Below the pieces are notes generated by a model. That model was not told where the DNA came from and made no database searches. It saw nothing but the letters and a program-made list of their open reading frames with translations. Positions 51,928-63,542 of a DNA stretch of 64,000 nt are shown here, piece by piece. The stretch spans positions 1,351,674-1,415,673 of the forward strand of contig NW_003314261.1 in the NCBI RefSeq assembly GCF_000143415.4, read 5' to 3'. This stretch comes from Selaginella moellendorffii. Taxonomy: Eukaryota; Plantae; Lycopodiophyta. Positions within the stretch are counted from its first letter, which is position 1, and every line of letters begins with the position of its first letter. Both the position numbers and the translations under genes were made by a program.

Positions 51928-52129
51928 TCGCTCAAACCTGCAAAAGTGGTGGCGTTGATTTTATCAAGCCCTCGTTGGTTCCTACCATTCCAGAAGTTAC
52001 AGAAGCTGTCTTGCCTTTCGTGTTGATTTTTAGGAACCATATCCTAAACCGTGTGGAAACATCGCCCAAAGGCTGATGATGACATCTACGACATTTCTAC
52101 ATGTTTTTGGACACCGGTCATTCACTTCC

Positions 52130-54366
52130 ATTGACTTTTTAAGGGACGAAGTCCATTGTTGCTGATGAGTTTTGAGTTTCAGTTGTAACCTCTGCGGGCC
52201 AGTCACCCACACTTCTTGTTCAGCCCCGATGGGAGTTTCACTCGTGGTAGGCAAGGGGGATTTGCAGCACTTACAGTAGAAAACTACAGCAGCGGCAGCC
52301 AGAACAAGAACTGCCGCTCCCACGCAAATACCAGCAATGGCACCAACCGCCATGAAGTCTTCGAAGAATTGGTGCTGGCAACAGCACAATCGCCACAGCA
52401 CATCAGCTCTGTGATCGGTGTCTGAAAATCTCTTTGCGGGCACATGGGAGTCAGCTTCCCAGTAAAACCACAGTTGATAATAGTTGCATTCGAGACCTAC
52501 TGGTAATGTCAGCGATAAGTTGAAAAGCTGGGGGTTTTGTGAGTGAGAGGGAAAGGCGTCACATTCTCTGAAGAATGGAAGCTCCGTTTAGACACTGCTT
52601 CTTGAACAGCAGCGCTGCCGTGCCTGCTGATAAGCTTCTCGGCAATAATGTCAATGCATGCAACTCCGATCAAACGCTGATTTGCATCGAACGCTACAGC
52701 AGTAATCAGATGATCAAAGGACCAAGACAAGAAAAGGAGAGCCGGTTTACCTAGGAATATTGAGCTCGTCACGTTTCCAAGCTCCGCGGCATCAACGTAA
52801 ACAGGCACCCACGTAGCACAGCAACAAAGCGAAGCCAAGCGATGTAATCAAAGTAGCTCCGAATGTTGAGCAGGGGATTTTTCTCTTCTTTCACAGCCTC
52901 GTAAGTCATGTTGAGGTTACCTTGCATCTCCTGGAAAGTGGCATCGTTGGAGGTGAAGAATCCTATCCTGTAGACGAAAACCACAACACCTTTGTCGTTG
53001 AGTTGTGCAAAGAGTGGATTCAAATCTGCAAAGTTGAAATTGCTGGCAAACTGTCCATCCGTGAAGAGAAGTATTACCTTACATTACGAGCACTGTTAGT
53101 GACAGACAAAGAAAGAGGATGATCTTTACGTTTAAGTTAGAGCTGGAATTGAAGAGATCAAGGGCCGCAGCAAGACCTTTCTTGATATCCTTGGGTGAAT
53201 TGTCGACTTTGACCTTGGCTATGGCATCCTTGAGGGACGAAATGCCAGAAGCATTGGATGATGTTTCAAGGTTTTCAAGCACGACTGAAACCTGCAAAAC
53301 CAAAGCCTTAAGATGAATCATAACTTAGACCATCGTTTAAATTACTCCAATCCCAGGACACCGCCGCCGTGCTTCTCGGAAGAATGCGAGCACATATCCG
53401 CCGATTTGGACAGCTCCCCGTGGTTGCCATAGCTCTTGGTGGCGGCCGCGGCGGCGGCCTTGCACTTGCGGTAGTATCTCGCGGGAGCGACAATAGGTCC
53501 ACCACTAGTCGTTGACACTGCTATTTGGTCTCCATGTCCAGGAGTGCCTTAAGAACGCTTCTGGCAGCGGCCAGACGGCTTTGGATGACAAAGGTCCAAC
53601 AAGATTTCTCATGGACAACGATGTGTCCAAAACAATGTAGAGTGATTTCTGAACTGCCAAGGCATTCAAGTACCACGGCCTGCGTCTCGGATCATATGTG
53701 TTACAGTTTTCGTTGTCTGCATAGTCCAGTAGATTATCTATGCCTTTCATGAATTAAAAAGACGAAAACCTCGTACCCAGCTTGGATAAACGTATAAATA
53801 GCCTTCAATGCCGCCTCCGAAAAGTGCCTTTCCTGTTGCAGGCCTGTTGTAATTTGTGGTCAAGAGGTTTCTGAGCGCACAAGACCGCAGCAGTATCAGT
53901 CTCCGAAGCCAGCTCAGGTGAGACCCTGGACGTTTTAAGAAATCTCAAAAGAAAATACTAGCAAAAATGTGAGACAACCAACCTGATGTATGATCTCTCG
54001 CTAGACACGCTAACGTAGCGACATGTTCCATTCCCGAAGCTGTGCAAGCTAGATTCTGATGTACCCCAATTCATGAGAGCTTCTGGACCCTGCGGCCTGC
54101 AGGGTTGCCTGATGCAAGTCTCTGGCAAGCAAATCGATAGACTCCCTGCACAGCAATCATTCTTAGACTTCATGACACACGTTTGCATAGACGTGATCTA
54201 GAATGTGACCCTCACCACAAACATTCGATGGCCTGCTTTGCAATCTCTTGCACTTGCAAGTCGGTCACATCCAGCAGCTCCTCAATGTTGGTGTTCTGAG
54301 CACGGACTAGTACACGATGTGTCCTAACAAGACGGATCCTAGAAACATCAAAAACTTGGCCTCCAT
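52130..54366 (-). pseudogene. alpha2delta-like vWA/dCache paralog B1, disrupted
   Basis: YDPRRRPWY, DTSLS, FTDG, WVPVYVDAAELGNVT, LIGVACIDI and a TM. Frameshifts in the signal peptide, vWA and Cache parts, and a foreign insert at ~53338-53482. Confidence 0.75.
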
Positions 54367-54553
54367 GTCTAGATCTAAAGCAAATGTTGTTATAGCACGA
54401 CACAGGTAGATTGAACTGGACCTTCCTGGAAACAATCCGCACCCAAGTTGGCTTGAGACCCGGTCATTGGAACCCATCGTTTAGTTAGGGTTGCCCAATG
54501 CCAAAAAAAGAAGCTACCTTCTATTTTCCTCATGGCAAAACACTTGAAGAAGT

Positions 54554-54907
54554 TCATGCTGCCAACCTCTTGCCTTTCTGGTACAGAGAAACAGCATCAA
54601 AGATGGATGCTGGAGAAGGAGGAGGCGGAGCAAGCTGATACATCACAGCCGGGATCTTGTCTTCAATCTCTAGCACTTTCCCGTAATGCCCCTTCTGGGC
54701 ATATGCGTCAGCAAGGAGCTTCCAGCTGAGGAAGTTCCTAGCTGGACACTGCAGAAATGCCTCTCGAGCGCACTCGATTGGGCCAAGCATGCCGTAGCCT
54801 CTGATGACGCAGTTCCACACCCACGTCTTCTCGTCTTCTCCTAGGCTTTTTTTTTTTTTTTTTGCCATGGCTGCGGCTAGACCAATCCGGGCTTGAATGC
54901 GGGACAT
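54554..54907 (-). pseudogene. PLS-type PPR fragment
   Basis: WVWNCVIRGYGMLG..AREAF..PARNFLSWKLLADAYAQKGH. Confidence 0.6.
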
Positions 54908-57900
54908 AGGATGCTACTTTACAGATTTCTGGACAACAAGCCGGGTTCTGAGAGAAGAAAGACGCACTTAGGAGATTTATTCAGCAACCGGGATCTCTTG
55001 TACAGTTGCTCGTAGTAAATCATAGCGATAGAAGAACTGTAAAGAGTTCCATGGCTTGCAGGGAGTTGACAATGCACGACTATTTTGGTTTTGTGTTGTC
55101 AATCCAGGTCTAATCGAGTGCTACTACTTTGGAGGAGAAAGGGATTGCTTATAACTCCAAATTTGTCTAGAGAACAAGCCGATCTTTCTTATGAATGGAA
55201 GTTCCAGGTGAAATCCAGATGTTGTTAAAGCAGCTATTTGAGACAAAGTTCTGTCTCGGGACGATGTTAGACACTGTTGTTTTTAACACACCCAAGAACA
55301 TATCCTTACTGTGGTTGGCACCAGTTTCCGAATGCATGCGTTTTTACAAATCACAGCGGCACAAATGTCGACGAGAATGGAATACGATTGAGCTTGCCTT
55401 GCTTTGTTCTCGAGAGATGATGCAAGCTTTCGCGAGTGTAAGTTTCTACCAAGCCTTTTTAGTATGCGTGTTTGTGATGCAGCGTTTGATCCGTGGTGTT
55501 GCCAAGAAGAGTCCAGCAGCAGCGGGGGCTCCGAGCTGGAGAAATGCTGCTACCACTACGAGGATCAAGCGCCCTGAAGACTGATAAGGATGAACAGGGT
55601 CTTGTTCATCACAAGAGGCTACAAAGGAAAAACACACCCTACTCTCTCTAGTGTCCCCTAACTGCCTACCGCGCCTCTAGAGAGCTCTGGAGAAGATGCT
55701 ATGCCAGCATATTCGTATCACTCCCACTCGAGCACTAAGGTGCTCGCTCAAGGCTCACGCCAAGTGCGTGTACGTGTCGCTGGAACAAAGCTGGAGGTAA
55801 CGCCTTGGTAAAAATATCTGCAACCTGCTCTGTTGTTCCACAATGGATGAGCTCCAAAACACACTTGATCTCGAATATAATGGAACTGCACCTGGATATG
55901 TTTGGCGCGCCCATGAGTGCGATAGCACCCTGGTTATCGCAAAAGATAACTGTTGGCGCTAGCTGAGAATAGCCGATGCCGTCCAAGAGCTGTCGTAGCC
56001 AGCAACATTCCTTAGCTGCTTGGGTAGCTGCAACATACTCTGCTTCGGTCGACGATAACGCTATAATTCATGTGAGAGCGCCGCTGCCGAGACCAAAGAT
56101 ATAACCTGAGGTGGATCTCGGCTGCTCAACCTCGCCTGCAAAGTCAGCATCCGTGAAGCCAAACAGTCCCATACCTGCTGGGACTTTGGAGTACGTGAGT
56201 GCAAAATGTCTGGTCCGCTTTAAGTAGCGAAAGATACGTTTGACTGCTAACCAATGAGGAAGTCTTGGAGTCTCGAGAAACTGGGACACTGCTCCCACTG
56301 CAAGAGCTAAATCTGGCCGTGTACAGACCATTAGGTAGACTAAGCTGCCAACCATCTGACGGTACGGTATCTGCATCTTCTCGCATTCCTCGACTGTTTG
56401 TCGAACTTGATCTTTGCTGAGATGGAGGCCGGCTTCCATAGGAGTTGACGCTTCATTCAGCTCAGCAAGATGAAACCTCTCCAAGATATCGTCAACATAC
56501 TTCTGCTGAGATAATTGTATGATGCCAGCTTGCCTGTCGCGTATAATCTCGATCCCCAAACAGTATTTCACTGGTCCAAGATCCACCATCTTAAATCGTG
56601 CTTGTAGCTCACGCTTGAGCTGCTGCAAAGCTATGCGAGTTGGACCGACTAGTAGACAATCGTCTACATAGAGTGCAAGATAAATATATGTTGTACCTGA
56701 CTTGCGAAGATAAACGTTAGAATCTGCTGAAATACTCACAAAACCGATGGAGAGTAGATAGCTGTTCATCTTCGCATACCACTGCCATATAAAGCCTTCT
56801 TAAGCTTGCACACCTTGTGTTCCTGGTCTTTGATGACATATCCTTCTGGCTGAAGGACATAAACCTCCTCGTCAAGATCGCCATAGAGAAACGCTGTGGT
56901 GACGTCGAGCTGCTCCACTTCTAAAGTCTGCTGGGCTGCAAGATTGAGTAACAAGCGGATAGAGGCCATCTTCACCACTGGAGAAAACGTTTCATTGTAG
57001 TCCACGCCCTCAACCTGTGAGTATCCTTTGCTACAAGTCTTGCCTTGTACTTGAGAAGTTTCTTATCAGCTCCAGTCTTGATTCGAAAAAGCCACATAAT
57101 TTTGATCGGTTTCCTTCCAGGAGGTAGATCGACCAGGTCCCATGTCTCATTCTCCGTGAGAGACGAATACTCAGAATTTGCTGCTGCTTGCCACTGCTCA
57201 CGCTCAGGACTGGAGAGTGCCTCACGCAAATTCTTGGGAACCAAGATATCTTGGCCTTGACAAAATAACAACTGGAAAACTGGAGAAAACGCCTGTTGCA
57301 CTTCTGGAGGAGCTGCTGCATAGTAGAACGTGTTGGAACCACTTGGAGCTGTCTGGGCACGCTCCCTAGCTTGAGCTTGCTGCCGAGAAGCTCGGCGGGC
57401 AGTCTGAAAGTCAAGCCGTTCTTGAAATTGTGCCCCTGCTTCTGTGAGTGTGCGGATCCGAGTAGACCGTCTAAGCACTGGCTGTGGTGAAGGCTGAGTG
57501 CTCCCACTTAAGCCAATCTCTCCGCCGACTGGAGGAGACGTCCCGTTCTGGCCTGAAGTGTCGCTCCCACCCGTGCCAAAAATACCGGGTTGAGAGCTCC
57601 CACTCGCTTCAGCATCACTTGCCGCTGCGTCTATAGGGACGGGCTGATTGGATCCTGCTGCTGGAGCTGCAGTTGCGCTAGGGTCTTCTTCCTAAACCGT
57701 TGACGGTTGACTGGAGGATCAAGAGCGCACGGGAGATTTCTGGTTGCATACGTCCTGTTTCATCGAAGATCACATCACGACTGTGTAAGATCTTGGATGA
57801 GGACAAACTGAAGAGCTTGTAGGCCTTCATGTGATCACTGTAGCCGACTAGAACTGCCTTCACGCTGCAATCTTCAAGATTGGTGCGATGCTTCCTTGGC

Positions 57901-59933
57901 ACAAATGCATACGCTATGCATCCAAAAATTCGAAGATGACTGAGATCCGGTTTTCTGCCATACCAAAGCTCAAATGGTGTCTCGTCGCTCACTGCTGATG
58001 TGATCTGACGGTTTCGCAGATAAGCTGCGACTGCAACAGCTTCACACCAAAAGGACTTGGGCAAACCAGCATCTCGTAATAAGGAGCGAGCTGCTTCCTG
58101 GAGCGTTCGGTTGGCTCGTTCAGCTGTGCCATTTTGTTGCTGTGTATCTGGAACTGAATACTACCTCTCAATCCCATCTTCTTCACAATATTTGATAAAA
58201 TCTTTAGAGACATATTCTCCACCACCATCACTTCGAAATTTCCTCAGTTTCTTGCCTGTCTGCAACTCTGCTCGAGTTCTAAAAAACTGGAACTCATTGA
58301 TCACCTCAGATTTGCGAGCTAGAAACTTTGCTGCGATCATCCTGCAATAATCGTCTATAAAGGTCACAAAATAGACCTTCTTGTCTCGAGAAAGTACTGG
58401 CATCGTACACACGTCAGAGTGGACTAGCTCTAAAATCTCGGTAGCTCTTGTAGCAGCACCAGCCTTGAAAGGAAATCTGTGCTGCTTTGCGAGAACGCAC
58501 GGCTCACAAAACTTCATCTTCTGAGAAGTGATGTGAAGACCGTCAACCATGCCTGAACTCGCAAGTTGTTTAATATCCTGGTAATTCGTGTGACCAAGCC
58601 GGCGATGCCATGTCTGGAGGTCAACCGCATGCTGAGGACCTGCAAAAAGAAGCTGCTCGCTAGGCTTGACTGGATACTCCACCTCTGCATTCAGCATAAC
58701 GCCTCCCACTGGCTATAACTGACTCGCCTCACATTATAGTGCACTGCGTCTTGGAAAAGAGAAGTTCACAATCTGTGATTTTTCCAACGGAGAAGAGTGT
58801 CATCTTGACACCAGGAACGTAGTAGACTCCACTGACTGCTACAACCTGTCCTGTGGCAAGTCGAACCTTGAACTCCACACACACTGTGTGAGTAGTCATC
58901 GCCGAGGTAAATTCGCTTCCCGTCTGGAACGTCTTCTAAATGCGAGAAAAGGCTTTGGAGATGAGTCATATGCTGATTGGCTCCACTGTCAATCCAGATC
59001 ACCTCTGTTCTTGGAGTGTTGGGTGCAAGGGAATTTGACTCTGCTACAGCTTGACCCATGAACAAGCTACCATCTGTGCTCGTGCGTAATTGGCAACTTG
59101 CTTCCCCTTCCTGATTTCCTTCCGGAACTTGGCCGCTTCATCTGTACAGTCCCGGGCGAAGTGTCCTGGCTTTTTACAGATATTACAGAGACCGTTATTT
59201 TTGTGCTTCTTGTTTCTCTTTGGCTCGTTTTGACCTTCTTGTTTGCGTTCTTTGGCAGCATCCTCCTGGCGCGGCCCTAGCCTGTCCCAGATTGAGACCT
59301 TGGCCTTAGAACCAGCAAACATAGCCAAATCGCGAGGGATTTCTTCCAGAAACTGAGATCCTCCTAGCAAGGTTTCCAGTGCTAACATCTCGTTAACGAC
59401 CTCATCAAAGGTTTTGGTGGCCACATGTCCAGCGGCAGCAAGTTGAAACGCTGTTGGAATGCCCTTGAGAAACACTGTGACAAGCTCACTGTCGTCCACT
59501 TTGGTGGGAGATTGAAGGGTGTCGATCTGCTTGGCTGTATCCTTCAAACGACTTGCATAATCTTGAATGGACTCATCCTTCTTCTTGACCATGCTGCCGA
59601 ACTTGGTTTTCATCTCAATTAGATTGGTCTCGTTGGTTCGGCCAAGCACTGTCTTTTCCAAGGATTCCAAGTGTTCGAGTGTTTTGTCTGTTCCACTCTT
59701 TCTCGGGTGCAACCTCTGTCGCTGCCGGACATGCCTCTGTCCTAGAGACTATATCCCAAAGGTTCTTCTCCATGAAGAAAAACTGCATCTGAGTTCGCCA
59801 TCCATGGAAATCTCTGCCATCAAAAACTTCCAAAACGTCTTTGTCTGAAGCCATCTCAGAAAAACTAGTGCTCCGATACCATGACCAGGGTCTTGTTCAT
59901 CACAAGAGGCTACAAAGGAAAAACACATCTAGT

Positions 59934-60053
59934 TGTTAGAACTAAGCTGAACATGCACACAACCAGGGCAGCTAGCTCAGTGGTAGAGCACCTGGCACCG
60001 GTGTAGGAGGTCCTGGGTTCAATCCCCGGCCTGTCCAGATCCATTTTCCAACA
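59934..60053 (+). mobile_element. 120-bp TG..CA solo-LTR-like segment containing a tRNA-like sequence, inside the Copia 5' LTR
   Basis: Ends TGTTAGAA/TTCCAACA (7/8 inverted match), flanked by CTAGT/CTAGC. Absent from the other LTR. Confidence 0.65.
59966..60037 (+). ncRNA. tRNA-like sequence with Pol III A and B boxes (not a canonical tRNA)
   Basis: Acceptor GGGCAG/CTGTCC, D-arm GCTC-AGTGGTA-GAGC, T-arm CTGGG-TTCAATC-CCCGG. The anticodon arm is imperfect and lacks U33. Confidence 0.7.
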
Positions 60054-60398
60054 CTAGCTGCCTACCGCGCCTCTAGAGAGCTCTGGAGAATATGCTATGC
60101 CAGCATATTCGTATCAAAGACGTTGTTCCAAATCCTTACACCAGCGATGCTGGTGTGATGAAGAGGGAGACAGCATCCGAGTACTTGCATCAGCGCGGAA
60201 GGTAGTTTTCTTTCTTCCTTGTTTTCGTTTTCCTCTAAGGTGGATCCACTGCACAGAGTGTACCAGGTATCGTGCAGGAAAAACGGGATGAAGATGGTAA
60301 CGACCGACATCCTTCGCGGAGAACTCCTTCCGGTGCTTCCTCTGGCGGGAATGGTGTTGCTCGCCATTGAGCTGGGGGTGTGGACGTTCTGGTGGGAG

Positions 60399-60735
60399 AA
60401 AATTTGCATCCTGGATTTAAGGTGCGAGAGATGACTTCACTCGTAGCACAGTCGCGGTACTAACGTCGCACAGAGCTCTGTAGGATCTAACGTTCGTCTT
60501 GCGTACCAGGTTGAAATGCAGGCAAGCTTTCCTCGTCTCACTGGCTGGATTTCATGCTCGCAGTCGGCAAAGAAGACGGTGTCCTTGAAGCCGGGGTCAA
60601 AGTGACGTTGCCATGCTGAACCACGAGAGCACCTCCCTGGCAACCATGCAGGGAGCTGGAGTATGAGAGTGGCAAACATGCTAGGCTCCTTCTTGATGTC
60701 TCGGTATAGCTTGAAGTGTCCATCTTGTGAAAGAA
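60399..60735 (-). pseudogene. Inserted fragment of a prolyl-hydroxylase-like 2OG-Fe(II) oxygenase
   Basis: GHFKLYRDIKKEPSMFATLILQLP / GGALVVQHG / FFADCEHEIQPVRRG across frameshifts. Confidence 0.65.
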
Positions 60736-61072
60736 CACGTAGCCCATCCCAACGTGAGCATCACTCGCGACCTCCGGGAGAGGCTGTTCGAGATCGAGCA
60801 CCCCGAGTGGTCAAGCGCAAAGCCGCCGTCTACCTCCAGAGCCCGCTGCGGAAGATGTCACTCGAGTGGCCAACCGCTCGCATCGCTCACATCCAGCAGG
60901 AGCCTCCGCCCCCGATCGGCCATGGCGGCCCCTTGAGCTGAAGAGCTTCTTCTTCTTCTTCGTGGTAGTGTAAGTCTTTCAAGTTTTTCTTTCTGTTCTA
61001 AAGCAAAGCTCTTGTTTTGTGTGCGAAAGTATGTATATAAAAAGACGAGTTTTGGAGATCTGAAGGAGTCGA

Positions 61073-63243
61073 TTACAAGTTTTGTTTCAGAGGAGATCTC
61101 GTTGGTTCCAACCAGTCCGGTTCTTGAGGTTGGTCATTATCGCTTTCAGTTGGAGATTTGCGGCACTTACGACACAAAAACACGGCGGAAACGAAGATGG
61201 CACAAACGGCGACCACTCCGCCCGCAGCGATACCAGCGATTACTTTACCCGTTGGCTTCTTTGGGGAACGATGAGGAGGAGGAGGAGGAGGAGCACTGGC
61301 TGTAGCGGCACAAGCTCCACAACATATAAAATCCCTGATGGGCGTGGAAAGGTTGCCTCTTGGACAGATTGGAACCAGGCTACCACGGAAGTCACAGCTG
61401 ATGGTCGCATTGGAGAGCTGCAAAATCAAAGTTCTCTCAATCTAAAAAGCAAAATAGAAGTTCCAAAAGTTTGTACGTAACTGTTTGAGCGAGAGGAAGT
61501 GGCTTTTGCAGTGAAGGAACAAAGTGTGATCGTTCAGATATAGCTGTCTCAACTGCAGGCTGGCCAAACTCCGCGACAAGCCCATCAGTAAGAACATCTA
61601 TCGATGCAACTCCAATTAGCTGTTGATTTGCATCAAAAGCTGCATGCAATTAAAATAAGCAGAGGAATAAATAATAGTACTATACAAACCTGGAAAGATG
61701 GAAGTTGTGACATTGCCAAGGCCAGCAGAATCGGCATACAGACTCGCCCAAATCGGTTTCTTGTTGACAGCGACAAAGCGAAGCCATGCAATGTAGTCGA
61801 AGTAGCTGTGGATCTTGAGCAGCGGGTTTTTGTCGTCACTGATGACCTCGTAGCTCATGTTGAGGCTGCTCTGCATTTGCTGGAAAGTGGCATCGTTGGA
61901 CGTGAAGGACCCGATTCTGTAGACGAACACCACAACGTTTCTCGCGTTCAGCTGTGCTAAAACTGGGCTCAGTTGGGTGAAGTTGAAATTGCCAGGGATG
62001 ACAAGCTGTCCATCTGTGAAGAGGGTTATGACCTGGGATTTGCCAAGTTGAAGAAACCAATGTGATTTCTTGTGATTATCACACGAAAAGCATCTTACAT
62101 TCAAGTTGGAGCTGGTGTTGAAGAAATCAAGTGCCGCTTGCAGCCCATTCTTTATGTTACTGGCTGAGTTTGTAACACTTGTGTTGCTTATGGAATCTTT
62201 GAGGGATGAGATTCCAGCCAGATACAAAGAGGTTTCCTGGACGTCAAGAACTACGGAAACCTGGAATTCAGAACCTCATAATCAGAAATTATCCTAGTTT
62301 CTGATGAAAACTTAACTGGAGCTCCGATTTTCTCACCACCGATCGTTGACACAGCCACTTGATCTCCATTAGTGAGAGTGTTTAGCAGCTGGTTAATGAT
62401 GTTATTTGCAACATTAAAGCGGGTTTGGGAGGATAAAACACCAGTGGGATTGCTCATGGAAGTGGAGGTGTCCAAGAGAATGTAGAGCGATTTTTGGACC
62501 GCCAAAGTATTGAGAAACCATGGCCTGAGCCTTGGATCATAAAGATCACACTGCCCACTGTCGACATAGTCCTGTCAATATAAAGACATAAACTCTCGCT
62601 TGCAGGGAAGAAATGCTTATTGTACACTTACCCGGCCCGGGTAAACATACAAGTATCCTTCAATCCCTCCAAAGAAAGCCCAGCCAAGGGAAAACTTCTT
62701 CGTGTTATTCCAGGCCTGTTGTAGCTTCTTGTCTAGAGATTTTTGAGCACACAAGACCGTCTGAAAATCTCGATCTTTCTCCGGGTCTTGATCGGGTGGG
62801 ACTCTAGATGATCATAGCAACATCTCAAGTCAAAGCTGTACATTGACAAGCCAGATACCTGAGGTATGTTTTTTGAGTTGAAACGCTTAAGCTCTGGCAA
62901 GTTCCATTTGCCGGAGACGTGCAGTCTCCATTGCGGAATACTTGAACGCAAGAGAGCTTTTGGATCTCATCCTTGGACTGCGGCCAGCAAGGGCGCCTTT
63001 TGCAAGTGTCTAGTGAGCAATCCGATAGACTTCCTGGAGTGACAATACTCTACAAAGTTGTTTGAGCTTGAGGTTCAAGAGCTTACCACAAGTATTGGCT
63101 CGATTTAAGATTGCTTGATTCGCGATTTGCTGGACCTGGAAGTCGGTCTCGTTCAGCACTGTTTCGATGTTATCTTGAGCGTTTGCTAGCAGCAAAGACA
63201 AGACTCCTAAAAAGGCGGATCTAAGCAAGAGGGAGCTCTCCAT
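61073..63243 (-). CDS. alpha2delta/CACHD1-like vWA + dCache single-pass membrane protein, paralog A2
   Basis: Near-identical exon structure and motifs to A1. Confidence 0.8.
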
Positions 63244-63542
63244 TCGCTCAAACCTGCAAAAGTGGTGGCGTTGATTTTATCAAGCCCTCGTTGGTTCCTG
63301 GAAGCACGAACCACTATCGTGTTGATTTTTATCTGATATTTAGCTATCCTAAACCGTGTGGACTTCTACGTATTGCCAACCACCGCCCAAAGGCTGATGA
63401 TGACATCTCCTGACTACATTTCTACATTTTTTTGGACACCGGGCTAGACTGTTCATTCACTTGTCCATTGTTGCTGATGAGTTTAATCGCAGGCTGGGCC
63501 AAGTTTCAGTTGTAAATGAAGTAAACGAAGCAAGGCTCTCTT

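Larger units (their letters stand above)
48788..55300. repeat. Tandem segmental duplication, unit 1 (~6.5 kb)
   Basis: Begins tatccttactgtggttggcacca, which recurs at 55301. Collinear near-identity to 55301-55581 and 60117-64000; position 64000 corresponds to ~52601. Confidence 0.9.
55582..60116 (-). mobile_element. Ty1/Copia LTR retrotransposon, full length, degenerate
   Basis: Outer ends TGATA..TATCA; LTRs 55582-55720 and 59882-60116. TSD AAGAC at 55577-81 and 60117-21, with the empty site visible in unit 1. PBS TGGTATCGGAGC (tRNA-iMet). Gag zinc knuckle CNICKKPGHFARDC, protease DSGA, integrase HRRLGH/HSDVC/RSDGGGEY, RT LYVDD, RNase H CDNQGA/ADIFTKAL. Many frameshifts. Confidence 0.96.
55477..60941 (+). 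pseudogene. B12D-like duplicate disrupted by a Copia element, a 337-bp insert and a 1-bp deletion
   Basis: MQRLIRGVAKK..RPED is cut at 55581 and resumes at 60122. Second break at 60399-60735. gagtggtcaag vs gagtgggtcaag gives a frameshift. Confidence 0.88.

Noticed and set aside
59966-60037. Functional tRNA (apparent CCG anticodon)
   Set aside because: Mismatched anticodon stem, no U33, no Pol III terminator directly after it, and it lies inside a mobile element.
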